Assembly (NCBI GenBank): GCA_964345335.1
Contig: CAYFQU010000003.1
Location: 4,294-46,933 of the forward strand
DNA length: 42,640 nt
DNA from: an uncultured Mageeibacillus sp.
GTDB taxonomy: Bacteria > Bacillota > Clostridia > Saccharofermentanales > DTU023
Direction: 5' to 3'
This document shows positions 36,250-42,640 of this stretch, piece by piece. Under the pieces are notes generated by a model. That model worked only from the letters and a program-made list of their open reading frames with translations, had not been told where the DNA came from and did no database searches. Made by a program: the position numbers and the translations under genes. Position 1 is the stretch's first letter, and every line of letters starts with the position of its first letter.

Positions 36250-38146
36250 GAAAAAATCTTCACAAAAGTCAAAACCGTTTGCTCGTTTGCTCAAATTACT
36301 TTTTTCCTCCTATCCGGTAGCATTGCCCTTAATTATTCTGAGCATCATCATTTCAGCAGCAGTCAGTGCCGTTCCGGCGATTTTTCAACAAAAAGTATTG
36401 GCAATTATCAGTAAATATGCGGACAGCGGTAACTATAACTGGTCGGCAGTGAAAGCGGAAATGATTCCCGTCATCAGCATACTGATCGTCCTTTATATCA
36501 TTTCCATGATTTTATACACCATTCAAATGCAGGGCATGGCGAGCATTACCCAAGGCTTTTTAGATAAAATCAGAAGACGGCTGTTCAACGGCATGCAGAA
36601 TTTGCCGGTTCGCTTCTTTGATACACATCAACACGGCGATATCATGAGCTATTATACTAATGACATCGATACCTTGCGTCAATTGATTTTTCAGGCTTTA
36701 CCGAATTTGATCCGTTCCGGCGTGATCGTGCTCAGCGTACTCGGCATTATGCTTTGGTACAGTTTCGTGATGACTGGGATCGTGCTTGTCGGCATTGCTT
36801 TCATGATTTTTGTTTCCAAAAAAATTGCCGGGGGCTCCGCAAAATATTTTATGCAGCAACAGCAATCCATCGGCAAAGCAGAAGGCTTTATTCAGGAGAT
36901 GATGAATGGCCAAAAAGTGATCAAGGTTTTTAACCATGAAAAAGAGGTCATTAAAGACTTTGATCAAGTCAATCAGAAATTATTTGATGATTCTTATCGG
37001 GCACATGCTTATGCCAATGCTCTGGGTCCGGTGATCATGAATATCGGGAATGTTCTCTATGTGTTCGTAGCAACTTTAGGCGGCCTCTATCTTCTGTCCG
37101 GTCTGCCGAATTATAGCATTTCCGGTATGGCCTTTTCGATTGCCATCCTCGTCCCGTATTTAAATATGACCAAGCAATTCACCGGAAATCTAAATCAGGT
37201 ATCGCAATTGGTCAATAATGTCATCATGGCGGTTGCCGGAACAAGAAGAATTTTTGATTTGATGGATCAGAAACCCGAAGTTGACGAAGGGCAGGTATCC
37301 TTGATTCGCTGTACCGTCGACTGCAATCAACAAATTCAGGAGAGTGAAGATTATACAGGAAAATGGGCTTGGAAAATTCCCCAAAAAGACGGCAGCTATC
37401 AACTGAAGCTCTTAGCCGGCGATATGCGTATGAAACATGTTGATTTCGGTTATGATCCAGATAAAATGATTTTACATGATATTTCCGTCTATGCCGAACC
37501 CGGTCAAAAAGTAGCATTTGTCGGCTCTACCGGTGCTGGAAAAACAACCATTATCAATTTATTAAACCGCTTTTATGAAATAGATGAAGGCACAATTACA
37601 GTGGATGGTATCGATATTAAAGAAATTCGAAAAAGCGATCTGCGCCGTTCTCTGGGTATCGTTTTGCAAGATACCAATCTATTTACCGGCACGGTATACG
37701 ATAATATTCGCTATGGTAACTTGGATGCCACAGACGCGGAATGCGAGGCCGCAGCAAAATTAGTCGGGGCCAATGATTTTATCGAACGTTTGCCGGATGG
37801 TTACCGAACGCAATTATCCAATAACGGAGCAAATCTATCGCAAGGCCAACGCCAATTGATAGCGATAGCCAGGGCCGCTGTCGCTGATCCTCCGATTTTA
37901 ATTTTGGATGAAGCCACCTCCTCTATCGATACCAGAACGGAGGCAATCGTGCAAAAAGGCATGGATATGTTGATGCATGGCAGAACCGTTTTTGTCATAG
38001 CCCATCGTCTTTCAACGGTCATGAATTCAGATGTCATCATGGTTATGGAGCAAGGTCATATCATCGAAAGAGGAACGCATCAGGACTTAATCGCCGCAGG
38101 CGGCACCTACTATCAGCTTTATACCGGTGCTTTCGAGTTGGAATAA
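36242..38146 (+). CDS. ABC exporter permease/ATPase half-transporter carrying the consensus nucleotide-binding site
   Basis: About 634 aa. Canonical Walker A GSTGAGKTT, signature LSQGQRQL, Walker B plus catalytic Glu ILILDEATS, and H-loop AHRLS. The start is placed at the ATG at 36242, which has an AAAGGTGGTGA ribosome-binding site. It overlaps the upstream stop by 8 nt. Confidence 0.8.
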   Translation: MTKKKSSQKSKPFARLLKLLFSSYPVALPLIILSIIISAAVSAVPAIFQQKVLAIISKYADSGNYNWSAVKAEMIPVISILIVLYIISMILYTIQMQGMASITQGFLDKIRRRLFNGMQNLPVRFFDTHQHGDIMSYYTNDIDTLRQLIFQALPNLIRSGVIVLSVLGIMLWYSFVMTGIVLVGIAFMIFVSKKIAGGSAKYFMQQQQSIGKAEGFIQEMMNGQKVIKVFNHEKEVIKDFDQVNQKLFDDSYRAHAYANALGPVIMNIGNVLYVFVATLGGLYLLSGLPNYSISGMAFSIAILVPYLNMTKQFTGNLNQVSQLVNNVIMAVAGTRRIFDLMDQKPEVDEGQVSLIRCTVDCNQQIQESEDYTGKWAWKIPQKDGSYQLKLLAGDMRMKHVDFGYDPDKMILHDISVYAEPGQKVAFVGSTGAGKTTIINLLNRFYEIDEGTITVDGIDIKEIRKSDLRRSLGIVLQDTNLFTGTVYDNIRYGNLDATDAECEAAAKLVGANDFIERLPDGYRTQLSNNGANLSQGQRQLIAIARAAVADPPILILDEATSSIDTRTEAIVQKGMDMLMHGRTVFVIAHRLSTVMNSDVIMVMEQGHIIERGTHQDLIAAGGTYYQLYTGAFELE

Positions 38147-38168
38147 TGAATTGATTTGAGGTTGAAGA

Positions 38169-38597
38169 ATGTCCAAACAAAATGAAATTATTTCAAGCTG
38201 TTTACAGCTAAGCCGTACAATCATCGCCAATCGCAATAAAATACTTGCACCGCTCGGCTTAACTTCTGCCCAGGCCGGTCTTCTGATTTATATCATGAGA
38301 AAATCAAAAGAACAGGAAATCACCGTTGCCGATATGGTTGAGCATTTTTCACTGACTCATCAAACCATCAGCGGGATCATCTCCCGTTTAATCGAAAAAA
38401 ACTTTATTGAGAAAGTGAAATCCGAAAAGGATTCTCGTTGTTATATTATTCATCTGACAACAGAAGGCTTAAAAATAAAAGAGATGTTGCATGCTCATTC
38501 TCTGAAATCACAGAATCAGATGCTGGCAACATTTTCTGACAGTGAAATCGAACAATTTCTGCACTATTTAAAAAGGGCTAGTGCAAATCTTGACTAG
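38169..38597 (+). CDS. MarR-family transcriptional regulator
   Basis: 142 aa with a winged helix-turn-helix (LTSAQAGLLIYIMRK ... EHFSLTHQTISGIISRLIEKNFIEK). Confidence 0.75.
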   Translation: MSKQNEIISSCLQLSRTIIANRNKILAPLGLTSAQAGLLIYIMRKSKEQEITVADMVEHFSLTHQTISGIISRLIEKNFIEKVKSEKDSRCYIIHLTTEGLKIKEMLHAHSLKSQNQMLATFSDSEIEQFLHYLKRASANLD

Positions 38598-38628
38598 CCC
38601 TTTATTGATATTCATAGTAAAGATAAAA

Positions 38629-39492
38629 TCAGAATTTCCCGCTAGAACCGCCATGCGAACTGCCGGATGAGGAAGTATGAGTACTGGACCCTCCGCCGCC
38701 TCCGCCTGAACTGCTGCTGCGCGGAATTGGGGTTGAGGTAACATTGCTATATAAGAATAAATCTCTGTTATCCTGTAATTCAAAAGAGTCGCGAAGGATA
38801 TAATTATTGGCTGCCGCCTGTCTCCGTACAGATTTCAACTGATTTTTCATCGATGAAACAATCGCCTCAGAGAGCATCAGAGCGACAATTAACATCGTCG
38901 GCAACCAGTACCAAGCCAAAGGTTTTTTTGGCAAATGGTCATAGTCATAGGGTGTTCCCTGCTCGTACTGATTTAAATAATCATCGCATAGATTAACAAA
39001 CTTTTTGAAGCCCTTCGCATATTTGGCATCGCTGATATTCGATATGAATTGATCGATCATATAACTCTGACCGGCATCGGTAAAAGCGTCAATCGACTGA
39101 CCGGAAGTCGAAATTGCCCAATCTCGCTCTTCCATGCTCAATAAAAACAAGATTCCATTAAAATCTTTTGTCATGCCAAAACCGTTATAATCAAAGAAAT
39201 CATCCGCAAATTCTGTCGGTGTTTTATCACCGATCGAATCGACCGTCACAATGACAATATCATGTTGATGTTTTTCACTGATTTCATCTAACTGCTCCAA
39301 GAGCTCAGCTTCTTCCTCCGAGGTGAGCAAATCCGCATCATCGACTAGGCGGGGCGCTAAACGCCTGTCAGCTCGTTGATGCATTTGCTCAAAATCTTCC
39401 GCTGTCAAATTCTCAGCTTTTACGGATAACCCAAATAGGGGTAAGACAAATATGATCAGAAATAAGATCATCGCTACTATTCTTTTTCTCAT
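38629..39492 (-). CDS. TPM-domain membrane protein (YdjH/YgcG-like) with a C-terminal Gly/Ser-rich tail
   Basis: 287 aa. A signal or anchor helix, then a TPM (TLP18.3/Psb32/MOLO-1) phosphatase-like domain, then a second transmembrane helix (WYWLPTMLIVALMLS). The C-terminus reads SSSGGGGGGSSTHTSSSGSSHGGSSGKF. Confidence 0.65.
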   Translation of the reverse strand: MRKRIVAMILFLIIFVLPLFGLSVKAENLTAEDFEQMHQRADRRLAPRLVDDADLLTSEEEAELLEQLDEISEKHQHDIVIVTVDSIGDKTPTEFADDFFDYNGFGMTKDFNGILFLLSMEERDWAISTSGQSIDAFTDAGQSYMIDQFISNISDAKYAKGFKKFVNLCDDYLNQYEQGTPYDYDHLPKKPLAWYWLPTMLIVALMLSEAIVSSMKNQLKSVRRQAAANNYILRDSFELQDNRDLFLYSNVTSTPIPRSSSSGGGGGGSSTHTSSSGSSHGGSSGKF

Positions 39493-39505
39493 ATTTTTCC
39501 CTCCG

Positions 39506-40600
39506 TTAAAACAATAAGTGAATCAGCCATGCTCCGCCGTAGAGCAGAATAAAAGACAATAGGAAGATCAGCCAGAACCAACGATTTTTAGCAGCTTTAT
39601 CCATAGGCAAATCACCAACAAATCGGCCGGTTTCACCGTTCATCGCAAATATATAATCTTTATCCTTATACCTTGAGTTCAAAATCCAAACAGGATACAA
39701 AGCATATTTCGCCACGCTGTTGCTCAATTGTATACTGGAACTTTCTCTGGTAATACTTGCATAGCCATGTACCGTATCACTAAAAATTTGTGAAGTACTC
39801 TCTTCTATGCGCTCATTAGCCTTAGCGATACACTGATCCGCATTCTCATCATAGCGGTCTGCCAGATAGCCGGACAGATAGCCCGGATTGAAAGGAACCA
39901 GTTTAGAAACATCAAATGGTTCAATGCTTTGCATTAAGTCATCCGGCATTTTCGCGGAAGCGTCAACCGGCACTTTATCAAAGAGCACATGACCGCTTCT
40001 CAAGATGGAGAAATATCTTGTCTCCGTATATTGATTACGCGAATCAGACCAAGTTCTAATCTTTTTCCCGAGATAACGCATGAAGCCATTCGCCTCGGCA
40101 TCAAATATCCAAAACGGAACATACAGAGCTTTTATTTTTTGAATATGATCCTCTTTGCTGAAATCTTTGGGTAATAAACGTTTGCCCTTTATATGATTGC
40201 GAAAAGCCTCCATCGCCTGTTCTTTATTAAATTGAAACGGGATCAATAAATCAGGCTTTAAATCACCGCTTATCTTATCCGATAAAACAACTGGATTATC
40301 ACAATATGGACAACTGGTTGCGACCGTTGTCGGATCGCCGACAATCTGTCCACCGCAAGATTGACAAACATAAACCGCCAAATCTGCATCTCCATCCTGC
40401 CAATGTGAACTCGTTTCAAGATTCCATGAAAAATTATCTTGCCCAGGCATATGCTTCAGAGCATCATCATATTGTTCTAAAATTGATTGCTCATATTCAG
40501 TGCCGCAATATGTACATTTCATGTTCTGGCTTTGGCTATCAAAAACGACCGGACCGCCGCATGAAGGGCATTTGAAATCCATAATATTCGACATAAACAC
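39506..40600 (-). CDS. Double zinc-ribbon membrane protein (YdjG-like)
   Basis: 364 aa. Two N-terminal C4 zinc ribbons (CPSCGG..CTYCG and CQSCGG..CPYCD), a cytoplasmic domain of about 230 aa, and one C-terminal transmembrane helix (WFWLIFLLSFILLYGGAWLIHLLF). Confidence 0.6.
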   Translation of the reverse strand: MFMSNIMDFKCPSCGGPVVFDSQSQNMKCTYCGTEYEQSILEQYDDALKHMPGQDNFSWNLETSSHWQDGDADLAVYVCQSCGGQIVGDPTTVATSCPYCDNPVVLSDKISGDLKPDLLIPFQFNKEQAMEAFRNHIKGKRLLPKDFSKEDHIQKIKALYVPFWIFDAEANGFMRYLGKKIRTWSDSRNQYTETRYFSILRSGHVLFDKVPVDASAKMPDDLMQSIEPFDVSKLVPFNPGYLSGYLADRYDENADQCIAKANERIEESTSQIFSDTVHGYASITRESSSIQLSNSVAKYALYPVWILNSRYKDKDYIFAMNGETGRFVGDLPMDKAAKNRWFWLIFLLSFILLYGGAWLIHLLF

Positions 40601-40649
40601 CTCTCCAATATCAAATAGGATTTTCTAAACTGAAAATCCTATCTTTCAA

Positions 40650-41981
40650 TCATCTTATAATATCTTGTTCATCAAAAGGATCGCCGCATTCCGGACAGAA
40701 TTTTGGAGGATTAGAAGGATCTTCTGGTTCAAAACCACATTTACTGCATTTGTATGAATGAGCTGCAGACGGTTTCGGTTTGCCGCAATTTTGACAGAAT
40801 TTTCCCTGATTAACCGTACCGCATTCACAAGTCCAGCCCTGTTCCGGTTTTGCTGTGCCGCATTCCGGACAGAACTTACCGTTAGTGACTGTTTTGCATT
40901 TCGGACAAGTCCAGGAATCAGCTGTATTCTGTGTTTGCTGATTTTGAGCCTGTCTGGCAGCCTGCTGTTGTTGACCCATCGCAAATAAATCCTGAATATT
41001 GCTGCCACCGGCATTCTGAGCCATACCCATACCGATAAAGCCACCCATGGCACCACCCTCATTTGAAGCGGCCGCTTTCATCGCATCGGCTTGTGCTCCT
41101 GCTAAGGTAGCTGCCGCTAAGCTGGCATCTCTTAATCTTGCACTCAACTGTGCATCCTTGATCATTTGTGCATCTTCTTCCGGTAAGGTAATCGGATTGA
41201 GCGCAATGGAAATGACTTTGATACCTCTTAGTTCAGACCACTTTTTAGATAATTCCTGATTCATCAAATCAGCTAATTCGTTCGCATGTCCGGGCAATTC
41301 ATTCGGTCGGATCTGCTGCGTGGAAATCGCTGCAAAAGCAGGTTGTAAAGCATTGATAAATTCCGTTTTTAATTGTCTATCAATTTCTTCTTTTTGATAT
41401 TGCCCTTCCACATTGCCACTGACATTCGTATAAAATAAAATCGGATCGGTTATACGATAAGAGTAGACACCGGAACAACGCACCGCTACATCAATATCCA
41501 AATTGATATTGCGGTCAACAACTCGGAAAGGAATTGGATTCGGAGTACCGAATTTATTATCCAAAATTTCTTTTGTATTAAAATAATAAACTCTTTGATC
41601 TTTCCCGGTATCACCGCCAAATGTAAATCTTCGTCCGATTTGCTTGAAGGTCTCCATAATAGATTCGCCTAATTTACCGGTAAAAATACTGGGTTCAGTT
41701 GAAGAATCCCAGGTATATTCACCCGGTACAGCGCTCAACTCAACGACTTTCCCCTGTTCAACAATGATCATGCATTGCCCGTCATTTACAACGATACCAG
41801 AACCGTTGGAAATAATATTATCGCTCCCTTTGGTATTGGAGGAACGATTGCCGATTACCTTTTGACCTTTTCTTACCAATATATCATTCGGTAATGATTC
41901 ACAGTAAAAAAACTCACGCCATTGATCGGCTAAAACACCACCGGCAGCGCCTGCAATTGCTTTAATTAAACCCATAATCAC
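40650..41981 (-). CDS. SPFH/band-7 superfamily protein (YdjI / COG4260-like) with three C-terminal zinc-ribbon repeats
   Basis: 443 aa. The SPFH-like core is followed by a Gln/Ala-rich linker and three tandem CxxC-X7-10-CxxCG ribbons (CPKCKTVTNGKFCPECG, CECGTVNQGKFCQNCG, CSKCGFEP..FCPECG). Confidence 0.65.
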   Translation of the reverse strand: MIMGLIKAIAGAAGGVLADQWREFFYCESLPNDILVRKGQKVIGNRSSNTKGSDNIISNGSGIVVNDGQCMIIVEQGKVVELSAVPGEYTWDSSTEPSIFTGKLGESIMETFKQIGRRFTFGGDTGKDQRVYYFNTKEILDNKFGTPNPIPFRVVDRNINLDIDVAVRCSGVYSYRITDPILFYTNVSGNVEGQYQKEEIDRQLKTEFINALQPAFAAISTQQIRPNELPGHANELADLMNQELSKKWSELRGIKVISIALNPITLPEEDAQMIKDAQLSARLRDASLAAATLAGAQADAMKAAASNEGGAMGGFIGMGMAQNAGGSNIQDLFAMGQQQQAARQAQNQQTQNTADSWTCPKCKTVTNGKFCPECGTAKPEQGWTCECGTVNQGKFCQNCGKPKPSAAHSYKCSKCGFEPEDPSNPPKFCPECGDPFDEQDIIR

Positions 41982-42070
41982 AACTCCTTTTTACAGTACT
42001 TCCAAAGCTATATTTTGATTTGATTATTGATTTGATTATATTTTATTGTATTATATTTTTCAATATAAAA

Positions 42071-42095
42071 TATAAAAAACCGTTCTAGATAACGG
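42071..42095 (-). terminator. Rho-independent terminator after the hydrogenase gene
   Basis: On the minus strand, a 5-bp stem CCGTT/AACGG with a 6-nt loop followed by TTTTTTAT. This is nested inside a longer inverted repeat, AACCGTTCTA ... TAGAACGGTT. Confidence 0.5.
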
Positions 42096-42148
42096 GTGAT
42101 AAATTACATAGAACGGTTTCGTGTACATTATCTTTCAAGCTATGAACA

Positions 42149-42640
42149 TTATTCTTCTTCAATAAATTTCGGTCTTAAAACATACTTCGTATGTAAGAGA
42201 TGATGAGCCTTTTCGCCCCCGACTTCTCCCAGAAATTCTTTATATAATTTTTGAATTGATTCATTCTGATAAGATCTTCGGATTGTTTTATTGCGATCTG
42301 CCTGATGGATAGCCGCTTCACGTTTATCCAAAACAGTTAAATCTCCGTGATGGAAGGGTTGACCGCCGCCATCGATGCAGCCACCCGGACAAGCCATGAT
42401 TTCAATAATATCGTATTGTTTATCACCTTTACGAATATCATTCAATAAGTTGGCCGCATTCCCTAAACCGCTCGCTACCGCAATTCTGATCTCACGCCCC
42501 TGAATGTCGACCGTGGCTTCTTTCAGACCTTTCACACCGCTTAATTCAGCAAATTCAATATGCTCCAAATCCTCACCAGTAATCATATGATAGGCTGTTC
42601 TGAGTGCAGCCGTAGAAACACCGCCGGAAGCCCCAAAAAT
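42149..42640 (-). CDS. [FeFe]-hydrogenase H-cluster domain, C-terminal part; the gene continues beyond the window edge
   Basis: The ORF stays open to position 42640. Hand translation upstream of the listed start gives FGASGGVSTAALRTAYH, which matches the conserved HydA GGVMEAALR region. The CPGGCIDGGGQP motif and the C-terminal small-subunit-like domain follow. Confidence 0.65.
   Translation of the reverse strand: MFGASGGVSTAALRTAYHMITGEDLEHIEFAELSGVKGLKEATVDIQGREIRIAVASGLGNAANLLNDIRKGDKQYDIIEIMACPGGCIDGGGQPFHHGDLTVLDKREAAIHQADRNKTIRRSYQNESIQKLYKEFLGEVGGEKAHHLLHTKYVLRPKFIEEE

Noticed and set aside
38568-38783. A 71-aa minus-strand ORF spanning the MarR stop and the TPM gene's 3' end.
   Set aside because: It overlaps two well-supported genes. 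Its translation (AAAVQAEAAEGPV...) is the mirror of the Gly/Ser-rich tail of the TPM protein, which is a compositional artefact.
42017-42040. Tandem repeat 2 x TGATTTGATTAT in the AT-rich leader of the SPFH gene.
   Set aside because: A low-complexity AT-rich promoter region. Short tandem duplications of this kind are common and carry no evident function.

Overview
This looks like a chromosomal segment from a low-GC Gram-positive (Firmicutes-type) bacterium. The GC estimate is by eye only and was not computed. Almost all genes run on the minus strand, and most are housekeeping: mscS, mscL, nnr, trxA, tadA, plsC, hflX, murJ, ahpCF, trmL, whiA, rapZ, murB, hprK. I found no integrases, transposases, CRISPR arrays or rRNA/tRNA genes.

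The centrepiece is a roughly 9.6-kb operon for glutamate fermentation by the methylaspartate pathway (12283..21873, minus strand). Its genes are tightly packed, several with overlapping or abutting start and stop codons. In transcription order it encodes:
- a two-subunit class I fumarase-type hydratase, the candidate mesaconase;
- an embedded GntR-type regulator;
- glutamate mutase subunits S, L and E;
- methylaspartate ammonia-lyase;
- an uncharacterised 309-aa P-loop protein;
- a fused CitX-CitG enzyme that builds the citrate/citramalate-lyase prosthetic group.
No lyase structural subunits are present in the window. The P-loop protein, whose start abuts citXG, is the most novel-looking element.

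A second non-housekeeping locus (38629..41981) resembles the Bacillus ydjG/ydjH/ydjI phage-shock-associated module. It encodes an SPFH protein with three C-terminal zinc ribbons, a double zinc-ribbon membrane protein and a TPM-domain protein with a Gly/Ser tail, but no adjacent pspA.

Other notable content:
- a heterodimeric ABC exporter with one degenerate ATP site, followed by a MarR regulator, with palindromes and tandem repeats in its promoter region;
- an AraM/AraL-like glycerol-1-phosphate dehydrogenase plus HAD phosphatase pair;
- rapZ abutting whiA with no yvcK between them;
- several small coupled hypothetical genes.

Two genes run off the window edges and are absent from the ORF track: a TrkH/KtrB-type potassium transporter gene on the minus strand at 1..780, and the C-terminal part of an [FeFe]-hydrogenase at 42149..42640.
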